From Paraspadella gotoi (taxonomy: Eukaryota > Animalia > Chaetognatha), in contig CM119271.1 in NCBI GenBank assembly GCA_051294375.1, positions 10,477,811-10,541,810 on the forward strand: a DNA stretch of 64,000 nucleotides. The letters run 5' to 3'. Positions 1 through 13,500 of this stretch are shown piece after piece. The position numbers and the translations under genes are program-made. The notes beneath the pieces are model-generated. The model was given only the letters and a program-made list of their open reading frames with translations. It did not search any database and was not told the origin of the DNA. Numbering within the stretch: the first letter of the stretch is position 1; each line of letters starts with the position of its first letter.

Positions 1-1108
1 GATTCAGGAGATGAGCAAGCAGCGCGACCGTACCTTGCAGTTGCTGAAGGAGAAAGATACGGAGGTTGAGATGGCCCGGACGGAGGCGGCGGCGGAATCC
101 TCGTTTCCCACTAGAAACATGTCTCGCGCAAGCTCTTTCCGGTAAACCGTGAAGGGAGCTGGCGGCTTTGTTAAAGAATGCAATTCATTTTTACATAAAC
201 TGCCGGTTTGAGTACTTTTAAAACCTCACTCTTTCACTCATTCCCTTAGCTCCCGCCACAATTCCGTTTTATCGGAGGAGAGCTATCGACCGTCGTCCGT
301 GGAAATCGCTCCCAACCCAGTCTTGCCCGATTCCGGGAGAGAACTCGAGAGGTTAGTACAGAAGCTTGTTGTAAAAAAAGTAAAAGTAAAAAAAGTCTTG
401 CTTTCTTTCATAAACTTTTCCGTTCCTTTGCTCCAGCGCTCTCGATCCGGAAGGATCGGTCTTCTACTCCGGAAGCCAGTCGCTCCACGTCGCCTGTCGA
501 GAGGCTTTGTCGAGGATCGAGGCGGATCTGCGTCACGCCTGGCGACAGAAAATAGACTTAGAATCCAACGTCAGAAAATTGCAAAACAGGTTCGAAAACG
601 CCTTGGCGCGCGAGTTTTGTTCCCAACTTTTGATTGATGCATTTTTGTTTCCTCCCAACTCCCGCGACTCAGCCTGGCCTTGGCCGAAGAGAACCACTCG
701 ATGGAAGTGGCGCGCCTCTCCGCCGAAATCGAGAGGAAGGCGAGAAACCAGGCGCGCGCCGCCGATCTCGTCGGCGAGAAGAACTTGGAATATCTCAAGA
801 ACGTCGTTTACAGGTGGAAGGACGGAAATAATATCATAACCCTTATAAAAAAAGTTTGATAAATAAATAATTAATAGTATAATTCAAAGAATAAATTAAA
901 TAAGAATAAAATAAATATTTACAAACAAAAACGGTAAAGAATTAATAAATTTAGTTAATTTATCGACAGACTCATCATGAGTCGAGATTCGACGAGCAAA
1001 CTTCAACTCATTCCCGTCGTCGCCACGATCCTTCAATTCACCGCGGAGGAAAAGAACCGCGCTATGTCCAAGTATCAAAGTTGGTGGGGAACGTCCGCCA
1101 AAAAGTGA
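1..1108 (+). CDS. GCC1: GRIP and coiled-coil golgin (GCC1/GCC88-like), 3' part; exons ~1-141, 250-351, 437-589, 673-813, 970-1108
   Basis: Spliced translation gives EMSKQRDRTLQLLKEKDTE, a coiled coil, then the GRIP domain KNLEYLKNVVYRLIMSRDSTSKLQLIPVVATILQFTAEEKNRAMSKYQSWWGTSAKK*. The KQRDR..L.EKD.E segment and terminal SWW match GCC88. GT-AG phases are consistent. Confidence 0.85.
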
Positions 1109-1580
1109 TTCCGTCTACCTCCGAGATTGTCGCGCTCTATCTCCTTCCTTCAACATTCAATAATAAAAAAAAAACAAAATATAAAGACTTGTCGGTTGGG
1201 CCTTGCCCTTTCCAAGGTCGTAGCCACGACCCGAGTGGAAGACTAACCTCCACGTCTTTCTCTAGTCTTCCAATTCCTCCGTGTTGCTCGTTCATATATT
1301 TAAAAATCCTTTTGTCCCCCACCCCCTATTCCTCCGTATTTTTTTTTATGCCCTCGTTGACGTTTTTATCTAAATTTGTAGTTGTTCAGTTTTAAATGCG
1401 GACATAAACGGTTGAAATTTTAAATGTTGCTGTTTTTTTTGGCGGCCAAGAGGACGTGAATTTAGAGAGTTTAGCGTCGGGATCTTTTATCGGCGACTGG
1501 TTGCGTTAGGAGAAAAATTCTGGGCTTTCCGCCGCGGGGGAAATTCGCCTTTTTCGTCAAAGTGGGCTCCCCCCATTAAA

Positions 1581-1620
1581 TATAAAAGCCGAGAGGACGC
1601 CGATTTTAACGAGGTCAGTT
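1581..1620 (+). promoter_or_regulatory. Candidate TATA + Inr core promoter for the PAFAH1B gene
   Basis: TATAAAAG at 1581-1588 and TCAGTT at 1615-1620; spacing is slightly longer than canonical. Confidence 0.35.
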
Positions 1621-2044
1621 CGCTACACGAGTTTTATCTGATAGACTTGCGTTTGTTTGAATTTTGTTAGAATTTGCATCATTGGAATTGTTTGGAAGAA
1701 CTCATTTGAACTCTGATTTCGCTTTAAAGCAGAGAAAGGGATGAAAAAACCGTTTTACGGTGATTGATTTTACTGGTCCACGTCCGTGGACCGTGGTGGA
1801 TAAGAAAAATATTACGCGGGTGGGGAAGGAATGAGTAAAGCGGAGAGATTCTTATCTCCTCCCGGACCTCCTCCTCATATTCTAAAAATCATTTTCAGTT
1901 TACAACCGTGAAATTCGTGAGAGTCAAGCGGAGAATCAACGTCTAGACAAAAGACTACGACCAGTAGTTCCGTCCTTTTTTGTCGTTTACCAGCTGAGAT
2001 AAAGATAATTTTGAAATCAGTTGACGAGACTCAAACCGTAAATT

Positions 2045-4093
2045 ATGACGGAGACTTTGGCATGGGTCGCGACGCAAGTAACAGACCATCACGGAGATTC
2101 CAGGTATACAACCCTGATGAATACTAAATTCAATTATTATAATTTTTTATTTTTCCCCGCTTTCTTCACGGCAGATGGAAAGACATGCACGATGAATTCG
2201 TGAGTGAAGCGAAAGAGAAAGAAGCCGACGTCCTTTTCATCGGTGATTCACTCGTGCAGGTATTCTTTATTTCACGCGGATTCTTTTTTAAAAATGTCAC
2301 TTGTTTTGAATTTTGGGCAACCCGGTTTTGAGCTTTGGAATTTGGTCTTTAAGCTCTGAACTTTGATCTTTTTACTTCTTGCTGCCCTTTGAGTTAAGCC
2401 TAATGCCGGATCTTTTGCGCGTTGTTTACCATATAAGTTAAAGGATTAGTGAATGTGTAATTTCAAATAAAAAATAAAAATTCTTGTCAGTTTATTAGGA
2501 TTTATCGAGGATTATTTTCGAAACTCGCTACCAAAATTTTCTCGATTTAAGTACAGTCGCGTCATTTTAATTTGGTTGAAGTAGAAATAGGGTAACTTTA
2601 CCACAAATAAAAGAAATTATATGGATTGTGATACGAACATCGGTTCACCCTTGAATAATGAATATTCTCATTCGCTAAACTCGAATGTACTTAAGGGGAA
2701 TGGCGCTAACCACAAGATCATTTTTTTATATATTATTAATTTGTTTTAAAACCTTAAAAGTGGCTCGATTTTTTTTGGCGCGATCCGATTGGTTGTTTCT
2801 ACCACGAGATGTTTTTCTCGGCTTCTGATTGGTCGACAACCAGGATCTCCCGATTTTTCGGTGCCGACGAACTCGGGGTGAATCGAACAAGGCTTTGGAT
2901 TCACGTTGTTAATTTTACCTATTTGAGAAAGTAAAACAAGTTTTTTTGCTTCCTTGTCTTTCAAGATTGTCAATCTATTTTTAGATAGTTACGGGCGTTT
3001 GTTTAATAACTTCCTCCTGAGCGGTGAAAATCTTTTCTCTGTTGGTTTGGAGTGTACCGCAAGAATAAAAATTTAATCGACTTCACGAAGATTAAAAAAA
3101 TCAGATTTCAAAAATTAAAATTATAACCCACAATATTTTCAAAATTTTCGTTTTCGTCAGCTCTTGAAACAAAACGAAGTTTGGCATCGCTACTTCGAAC
3201 CCCTTCATTCGCTCAATTTCGGCATCAGCGCGGATCAAACGCAACACGTTCTGTGGCGCGTGGAGAATGGCGAGCTCGACAACATATCGCCTCGGTCAGT
3301 AAATGGAGGATGGGATAACGATTTGCGTCTACAATCGCCTCACCTCATTCCTTCACAAAATTCATTCCAGAATTTTTTTTTTTTTTTTTTAACGATTAAA
3401 CGATGAGTATTGAGCAAGAAAAATTGCACTAATGCACTAATGCACTAATTCCAGAATCGTGGTTCTCCTCGTCGGCACCAACAACCACGACCACAGCGCC
3501 GAGGACGTCGCCTCCGGTATCGTCGCCATCGTCAACGCCATTTTACGGCGTCAACCGGAAGCGCACGTCCTCGTGCTCGAGATCCCGCCCAGGGGTCGTT
3601 ATCCTAATCGGGCGAGGGACAAACTCGCCATGGTGAACGTGATGCTCGCCGAAAAATTAGGTTAGTAAACATTTCTCACTTGGCACAAAAGGAAAGTCAA
3701 ATGATGTCGAATTTCGTACCAAAATATCATTGGTTGATTGATTAATTTCAATTGCCCCCATGATTTATTGATTGATTCGTTCGGTTGATTTATCTATTAA
3801 TTGATTTCTATTGACCTAATGATTTAATGCTTCATTTATTTATTTATTATTTGTTTGATTAATTGATTGATTTGGTTGATTGATTGATTTATTATCCATT
3901 ATTTTCCAAAGAATCCATTCGAAAAGCCTCGCTCGTCTCCGTCAACTGGACATCTTGGATGAACGAAGAAGGGGAAATGTCTCCCCAGGATTTCTACGAC
4001 TACCTTCACTTCACGACCAGAGGCTACGAGAAACTCTGCGAACCGCTCGCAGAAGAAATTCAGAACCGACTCGGAGAATTCGGCCCGCGATGA
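2045..4093 (+). CDS. PAFAH1B2: Platelet-activating factor acetylhydrolase Ib catalytic alpha subunit (PAFAH1B2/3 family, SGNH hydrolase); exons 2045-2103, 2175-2259, 3161-3294, 3456-3661, 3912-4093
   Basis: DVLFIGDSLVQ (nucleophile Ser), LNFGISADQTQHVLWRVENGEL, VLLVGTNNH, IPPRGRYPN and FYDYLHFT (D-x-x-H). Splice phases are consistent. The symbol is family-level only (alpha1/alpha2 not separable). Confidence 0.93.
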
Positions 4094-4810
4094 CCCCGTC
4101 AAACGGGGGCCTGCGCATACGCAGTGTGTGCGCGACGTTGTGGCTCAAAGAAGCGAGATGCTGCTCCTGCTCCTGCTGTCGTGCGATTAAAAAAATTGTA
4201 TTACAGTTGTCGGGGGGGGGGCGTGGAAAGAGTCGCCACGAATGAATGTATATACAGAAATGAAAGCTAATTTGATCATGGTGTTACGGGGGAAAAATTA
4301 TAGTCTCCCCTTATTTACATCGTTTAGTTGGGAGATGATATCAGGCTTTGTTATCTTAACGATTTAGTTTGTGATTGGACCAACTTTACGGTTTACCACT
4401 TCTAAAGTTTTTCCGCGATCGTATTGTGAAATGTGAATGCTTTTCTAGTTCACGATAAAAAAAAAAAAAACTTCCATTTTCCTACTTTTTCCTAGTCTTA
4501 AATTTCGAGGCCTCAAATCAAATTACAATCTCATTCGCCAAATCCAAGATATATAGGTTGTGATACCTTTTCGTATATTACCGCGTTTTGATGCTTTCAC
4601 TATTCCTGCTTAATTGTGCAAGATCTCATATTTTTTTTTTCCATTCTAAAATTTGTACCGCCAATTTTGCTCCGGCAGCTTTTGTCGTACATGGTTTTGA
4701 TATTCCTTCAGCGACGTAAACGCGAAATGATTATCAGTAAAACTTAATATCGGATGCCGTGGATCTTCTTTGCATAAAATCACAGAGTTGGAGATTATCA
4801 AAAAGAAACA

Positions 4811-7800
4811 ATGGACGCACAAAACGGAGACGACGGGTCCGCCGGTGAACCAAAAGCCACTTTCAGGTACAACAATCTAACGTCACCACTCGGGCCCTAA
4901 ATTGTTTTCTTTTAAATCCGAAATCAACGCTTTGAATTTCTCAGCTTCGGATCGCCACCCCCTTCACCCACCACCACCGCCCCCGCCGTCCCCCCCTTTC
5001 ATCTCGACATCTCGGGTCGCGGCGTCGGTGAGATCAACCCATCCCTCATTCACTCCATGAGCGGAATTTCCCTGCGTCAGGTTCGTTTGACTCGGGATCG
5101 ACGCTGAAATCCAAGATGGCGCCGAGAACTAAACAAAAAACAAAAAAAACAAATGATCTAGGGGGTTTAATGAGAAAACTATTTCAATTTTCTCTTTTCC
5201 AAAAAAAAAAAATATATGTATAGCTTTTCGGCCCGTTTGTTCAGTCTTTTTCACAGTTCTTGCTTATGTAGATAATATTACTTCTGCGTGTATTATCGAA
5301 ACCAACTTTAAATTTTGTAAAATTTTTTAAAACATTTTGAAAAATTATGAACGAATCGGGCCACAACTTGCAATAACTTATGATATGAATGACGTTAAAA
5401 GGGGAAGCCTGACCTAACGTATCTGTCAAGTTGAAGATAAGAAAACTTGTATTTATAAGTCGTTCACTTCCTTCTTTAAATCAGGCTCTCGATATCAGTC
5501 AGGTTTTTTTTTCTTTTTATCTCAAATTTGATTGACAGTAATCTGCTTAATTATGTAATAGATTTTAGTTGGATTATTATATTGTAGATCATACTCTATC
5601 AATTAGGTCGATTTAAAGCCCCATCGATAAATAATCCGCTTCTCTCTACCTCTGCGAATCAAAAAAAAAAAAAATTCTATTTTTACCAAAAATTACATGA
5701 TTTCCCATTGTAGCTTAAGAAAAGCGTTTTTTTGGCATCAATATTTCGGTGTCCAGTTTTTCTGTTTTTTTTTCTAGGACATCGTTGAGGAAGTGGTTCA
5801 TGTACAATGAAAAAATATCAACGCATTTAACCAGTGGCTGAGGGCGAGTTAGGCAAGAGAGAAAAAAAGTGAATCAAGGTGAAGGGAATTTACGCTGCTC
5901 TTTAATTATTCATGCTCTTCCAAATCACGCATAACAAAAGTCATTTTTTCCGTTTTTTTTATTGGTTTATTTAGCTAATTGCATCGATATATTGACCCCC
6001 TTCTCGATTTTCTTTCCCTGCACCTTGCCATTTTTTTTTCTTTCGTGATTAAACTTTCTCAAAACGACTTTTTTTCTTTTTGCACTTTTTTCGAACTTGA
6101 CTCTCTCTCCGATTCCTCTCGCCTCCCTCATTTTTTGATCCCTATTCTTTCTCTCTCTCTCGTAAATCACTCTAATTTTCCTCCTTTCTTTTTCCCTCTT
6201 TTCTTACTTTCTTTATCTCCTGTCTTTTCGAGCTCTCTCTCCCTCTCTCTCTTCCTCTCTCCTCCCATTTCATCCCCCATCCCCCGAATCGTCGCCAGTC
6301 AATGGACAAGCGCGAATTGACGGTGGCGACTCCCGAGGAGTTCGTCCATCGCTACGACGGCCGCCGCGTCATCAACAAGGTGCTCATCGCCAACAACGGG
6401 ATCGCCGCCGTCAAGTGTATGCGCTCTATAAGGAGGTAGGCGATGATTACCCGTCGTTTGTAATTGTGATTGTGAATTATAAACGAAGAATCATTTTTCC
6501 TGTAGTCTTTGGTCTGTAGAGGGTAGATTTCGGTGAATCTTTCCTTGGGTCGTATTCTTAAGAGGTTCTGGATTATTATAAAATTGGTACAATCAAGATA
6601 ATGTATTAATATATTTAAAATAATGTAAAATTGCACACTAGCCACACTAAGCTTCCCCTAATCCTTCTCCCTTGTCAGATGGAGCTACGAATTGTTCAAG
6701 AACGAGAAAGCGGTTCGTTTCGTCGTCATGGTGACCCCGGAAGATCTTCAGGCCAACGCCGAGTATATCAAGATGGCAGATCAGTATGTTCCGGTTCCTG
6801 GAGGCACCAACAACAACAACTACGCCAACGTGCAGGTGTGAACACGCCATTCTATTCTGATAGAGCATAAGAAGTTAAATAGAAAATATAATTACAACTT
6901 TTTAAAATTCTTACGTTTTCTTGGTCAAAATTAAGAAAAAGTCATAAAATTATCGAGAGATGATGATTATTACCAGTTTTTCTTATTTTTCACCCAAATA
7001 TAAAAAAAAAATTATACTTTGTGTAAACAACATTTTGCAAGCAACCTGAATCTGTTCTTAAAAATGAAAAAATCTTTAAAAAAAATATTTCGCCTTTCCT
7101 ATATATAAATAAATATTAAAAAAATAATATACGGGGAATAGAATTATATTAAAATTTTTTTGTCTATTCAAATTTTTTAAAAAAATGTCTAAATTTTCGT
7201 ATGAGCAGGTGCTCTATTCAAATTTCTTAATCACCCTACTGAGTTAGTCTACCCCTAATATTATCCAGAAGTGTCAAGAGTCAATATTTATTGATAACAA
7301 ATCCAGCTCCAAGTCCACACCTATCATTTTTTACAAATGTTTATGCTTTGCAGTTAATTCTCGACATCGCCAAGCGAACCGGCGTTCAGGCCGTTTGGGC
7401 CGGCTGGGGTCACGCCTCCGAATTTCCCAAACTCCCGGAAATCCTACGCCGCAACGACATCGCCTTCATCGGTCCGCCGGAGCACGCCATGTGGGCGCTG
7501 GGCGACAAGATCGCCTCCACCATCGTCGCCCAGACTGCCAACGTTCAATGCTTACCGTGGAACGGAGAAGGTAAGATAATGGGATAAGATAGCGCCACCC
7601 GCTTCTGTCTTGTCGATAAATTTGGGAAGCGTTGCGTTTCAGGCGTGACGGTGGATTGGTCCAAAGAAGATCTGGAAGCCGGGAACGCGATCACGGTTCC
7701 CGAGGACGTTTATCGCAAGGGATGCATCAATTCGGTGGAGGAGGCTTTGCTCGCTGCGCAAAAGATCGGCCTCCCGGGTTAGTCGATGAAAAGTTTCTGC

Positions 7801-10511
7801 GTGATCGTTGCTACCTTTAAGCAAAAGCGCAATTCCTCAGTTTAGTTTATTATTTTAGTTAAGATATTATTTTTTACTTTAATTCGAACGAATGAAATGA
7901 TGAATTAGTAATTAATGAGAGTGTGTTCCTTTCTTTCCTTCCCCCAAATTTCAGTGATGATCAAAGCCTCTGAAGGCGGCGGCGGGAAAGGAATTCGCAA
8001 GGTGGAGAACATCGAGGATTTTCCCACCGCCTTCCGCCAAGTGCAGACGGAAGTCCCCGGATCGCCCGTATTTCTCATGAAGCTCGCCCGAAACGCCAGG
8101 CATTTGGAGGTCCGTCACTAACTTTGTTTTTTTCATATCCTCGTTTTAAATTCGTGAATATCCGCAATTGCCTAAAACTGACCTACTCATTTGCCGCCTC
8201 TAGGTTCAACTCCTTGCCGACGAATACGGCAACGCCATCTCCATCTTTGGACGCGACTGTTCAATACAACGTCGCCACCAGAAGATCGTCGAAGAGGCGC
8301 CCGCCGCCGTCGCCGAGTCCAAGGTTTGGGACGAGATGGAGCGCGCCGCTGTCCGGCTAGCCAAGATGGTGGGCTACGTCAGCGCCGGTACAGTCGAGTA
8401 TCTCTACAACACGGAAGAAAACACTTACGCTTTTTTGGAGTTGAATCCGAGATTGCAAGTAAGATGCTCTCTTTTGTCGGGCATCGTAGATTTAATAAAA
8501 TCTATGTAACACTTGTATTTTTCTTCACTTTCTCACTTCTAGGTGGAGCACCCATGCACGGAGATGGTTTCCGACGTAAACCTTCCCGCCGCTCAGTTAC
8601 AGATCGCCATGGGCGTCCCGCTTCACCGCATCAAAGACATCCGGGTCCTCTACGGCCAAGACCCTTACGGCACCTCCCCCATCGACTTCGACTCGCCCCC
8701 GAAACGCCCCAAACCCAAGGGCCACGTCATCGCGGCCCGCATCACGTCGGAGAACCCCGACGAGGGGTTCAAGCCTTCCTCCGGCACCGTCCAGGAGCTC
8801 AACTTTCGCAGCTCCAAGAACGTGTGGGGCTACTTCTCGGTGGCGGCCTCGGGAGGCCTGCACGAGTTCGCCGACTCTCAGTTCGGCCACTGCTTTTCGT
8901 GGGGGGAGACGCGGGAAGACGCCAGGGACAACATGGTCATCGCCCTCAAGGAACTCTGCATTAGAGGGGACTTCAGGACAACCACGGAGTACCTCGTCAA
9001 GCTGCTAGAGACGGAGGACTTTATGAAGAACAGGATCGATACCGGGTCAGAAAAAAACCGGTGTTTTTTTACTCGGGAATAGTTTTGCTTTAAATCTTTA
9101 CTTATGTCAACAGATGGTTGGACAAATTAATCGCGGGTCGCGTTCCCTCTGAACGACCTGACATTATCGTGTCGGCAATCTGCGCCGCCCTCCACATCGC
9201 CGACCAAACCATAGTCAACAACTTCCAAAACTACCAGAGCAACTGTGAGCGAGGGCAGGTAAGTCGCGGCTCAGGTTCCAATAGTCTTTTATGGAGTAAA
9301 AGTAAACATTGCTCAATGTTTTAAGATTCTCCCGGCGTCGGCACTGAGCAACAAGGTGGACACGGAGTTAATTCACGCCGGCGTCAAGTATTGCATCAAG
9401 GCGACCAAGACTGGACACTCTCGCTATTTTCTCACCATCAACGGGTCTTATCTCGAGGTGGACGTTCACCGCCTCAGCGACGGAGGTTTGGTCGTCGTTC
9501 TGCTGATGTAGTGTTGTTTGATTGACCAATGACCAACGGCTAACGAAATTTCTCGCTTTATCACTTCCAGGTTTGCTGCTTTCCTTCAATGGTGCTTCTC
9601 ACACGACGTACATGAGAGAAGAAGTTGACAAATATCGCATCATTGTCGGAAACAAAACCTGCATTTTCGATAAGGAGAACGACCCGACTTTGTTGAGAGC
9701 ACCTTCGGCCGGTAAAATTAGCTTGGTTGATTTCTAACGTTTAATTATCATCAGTAAAAAAGTAGACTAAAATTTCAACAACTTTATTGCATCTTCAGGA
9801 AAACTGATCCAGTACCTCGTGGAAGACGGAGGCCACGTCTTTCAAAACGAAGTCTATGCGGAGATCGAAGTGATGAAGATGGTCATGGAGCTCAGGGTCA
9901 GCGAAAGTAAGTGCCGGGAGTCAGTTTAAAGTATTTGTTACATCTATTATCTTCATTATCTGTCACCGTTCGATAATTTGGAATACGACTATGATTTTGA
10001 ACTAATTTTCCAGGTGGTTGCGTCCACTACGTGAAGCGGCCTGGCGCCATTCTCCAAAGCGGCTCCGTCCTCTGCAAATTGGACCTAGACGACTCTTCCA
10101 AGATCCAAAAGGCGAAACCCTTCGAGGGGAAGTTCCAGCGGTCCGAGGAGAGCGCCTGGGAGTTGGACGGAGAGAAGAAGCACAATCGATTCCTCCGCCT
10201 CAAGTCAACCTTGGAGAACATCATGGCCGGCTACGTCCTTCCCGAGCCTTACTTCGGTCAACATCTCAATCAAGTCGTCGACGCTTTCATGGACATCATC
10301 CGGGACCCCGAACTTCCTCTGCTGGAGATGGAGGAGCTGATGTCCGCCATCTCTGGCCGAATCCCCCTCGAGGTAGAGCAGAACATCTGTCGTCTCTTGA
10401 CGCTTTACGCTTCCAACATCACGTCGGTGCTGTGTCAATTTCCGTCTCAACAGATAGCGTCTATCATCGATTCCTACGCGGGTAAGTGATGTTTGAGAAA
10501 GAATGATACTA

Positions 10512-10569
<58 letters not shown>

Positions 10570-13500
10570 CCGGATTTTCCACAGCGACAATCAATCGAAG
10601 GACAGAGCGCGACGTTTTCTTCATCACGACTCAAGGAATCGTCCAGTTGGTTCAACGCTATCGAAACGGCATACAAGGACACTTCAGAGCCACCGTCCAA
10701 GACTTGCTGCGGCAATACCTCAAGGTATCCTGCTTGTGATAAAACATACTAAAATAGGAATATCGACGGAACTAATGGCTTTTTATCTGATTTCAAAGGT
10801 CGAGCTCCAATTCCAATCCGGCCACTACGACAAGTGCGTCTCCAAACTTCGAGAAAAGTACAAAGACGACGTCTCCGAACTTCTCGGTTACATCTTCTCC
10901 CACTCTCAAGTCTTGGCCAAGAACAAACTGGTCATCGCCCTCATCGAAGAAGTCTGCGACCAAGACTCCAACCTCACCGACGAGTTGGCCGCAATCCTCA
11001 GCGACCTCACTACCCTCAACAAGACGGAGAACGCCAAAGTGGCCCTCAAGGCGAGGCAAGTTCTCATCGCCTCCATCACGCCCAGTTACGAGCTCAGGCA
11101 CAATCAGGTGAAAATATTCTTCAATGTTAAATGCCGTCTAATTTGCAATAAAAAAAATTTTCTATATTTTTGTCGTCGTAAAACTGAATGGAATTTTAAT
11201 TTTAATTTAATTTTAAATTCTATTTCGCCCTTTAAAATTACATAAATTTATTATTATTACTATTTTTAAACACAGGTGGAGTCGATCTTCATCAGTGCCA
11301 TCGATCAGTTCGGAAACAAGTTTTGCCCGGAGAATCTCCAAAAGCTCATCATGTCGGAGACGTCCATCTACGACGTCCTGCAGGACTTTTTCTTCCATCC
11401 GATCGTCAAGGTGCGCATGGCGGCGCTGGAGGTCTACATCCGACGCGCCTACATCGCCTACGAACTCACCTGCCTGCAGCATCAGCAGCTGCCGTCGGGC
11501 GTCTGCGTCGTCCTTTTCCAGTTCCTCCTGCCCTCGACTCACCCTAACCGACTCAGCGCGGAGGCGAAACAGTTCAACGCCAACAACATCCATTCTCCCG
11601 TCAACAGCAAGGTTTAAAATTTTTTGAGAGCGTAAGTCATTTGTTTTTTCGATTTTCCGCTCTTTTTCAGTTAACTTCTCTTCAAATGCCCCGCGTATCT
11701 TCTCTCTCTGACGAGATTTTTGCCCTGGGAACGGACGCTTCGTTGCCATGTCAACGCATGGGCGCCATCACCGCCTTTCCCTCTTTCGAAGAGTTCGTCG
11801 CTCAGTTCGACAACATTATGGAACAGTTCAACACGTCAGTGGTGAGTAAACGGTTGGGGTTCGTGAAGTTTGTACGCTTCACGTTATGTTGTTTGTGGTT
11901 TTTCGCGTCGTTTTATTTCTTTAGCCTTCCTAAATCTTCAGAAAGTATAATTAAAAAAAAAACATTTGGCCCTGACACTTAAGCCCGGATTTCGACTTGG
12001 TTACGTACGTACAATCCTTACATTTTAAGGAGTTATCACAAATCCCGAAGAAATACTCTTTGACTCTCCGTCTCTCTTTCCCCCTTTTCATTCTTTTTCT
12101 TATCTCTCGTTTCGTTTTTTCCATAAAAAAGAAAACTGAAAAAGTTGAATTGTTATATTAATTAAACTGTTTACTGTTTAAATTCAGATATATTACAACC
12201 TTAATAGGAGAAAGGTAATGTGTATTTTAATGGGGAAGCGAAGAATTTTTTTTTTTTCAAACAAAAAATATCAAAGATTTGGTTCTCATGAAAAAGAGCC
12301 GAAATGTAATGCAATCGAACCTTGGAATGGAAAGAACAATTTACGCCCTGTACCAGTAACGCTTAGGAAAAGCGGGAAACCTATGCACCAATTATGGACA
12401 ATTGTCATTAACACACTGTTCGAGAAAAATATATGGAACACTTATACGTGTTCATACGAATTTTTGCTGATTTCATACATAGAAACACTCTGTACGATTG
12501 AAATGCCTTCGCTATGTTTAGCCGGTGACATCTCACATAGTTACTCCCCATTAAACTATCATAACAACTCGCTTACTCGAAACTTGGACCAATAGTGAAA
12601 TTTGATTAAAAACTAATAATTAATTCTAATCCAAGTCTCGAGTTTAAACTACGCCCACATGCTCTTCGTCGCATTCATTCTCCAATCCCACATTCCATTC
12701 TTCCCTTCGCTTCGCTTCTCAATCACCTTTCATTTCCTTCCAGTCGTCAGCTTCGTCCATCTCGGAATCCCGCTCTTCTTCGGCGAGCTCCTTCGTGCGC
12801 AGTCACTACCGTACCCCTTCCAACCAGAGCAACCCCCCCTCTCTGCCGCCGCAGCAATCCTTCGACGAAGTCAGCACCCCCGATCGCGAGGAGGAACCCA
12901 TTCACATCCTCAGCGTGGGCATCCGCGTCGGGGAAAACGATTTCGTCAACGGCGAAGATGGAACCGATCAGAAGGTGAAATATTTTGTGTGTCACTCTCT
13001 CTCACTTCCACTCCGTCTTTATATATCTCTTTCTCATTCGTTTCCTTTTTGCAGGAGGACGCGATGCAGGCCAAATTCCAGGCGTTCGCCCTTTCCAGGC
13101 GAGATCAACTGAAGGCGCGCGGGATTCGCCGCATTACCTTCCTCCTCCTCTTCCACCGCGAGTTCCCTAAGTACTACACCTTCCGTGCGAGAACCAACTT
13201 CATGGAGGATCGAATCTATCGCCACCTCGAACCCGCACTCGCCTTTCAGCTCGAGGTCAACCGGCTCAAGAATTTCGAGCTGGAGACAATTCCGACGGCC
13301 AATCACAAGATGCACGTCTATTTGGGTTAGTAACGATAGCTGTTAATGGCCATAGCGTTTTGTTTTTAATTAAACCTAAGTTCTGTAGCTACTAAGTCGC
13401 CGAGTTTTACAATTTTCGTTTTTGTTTACTTTTTGGGAGACGGTGATAAATTAATAAGTATTTATTAAATATTAGATATTACTATTAATTCATTTTCAGG

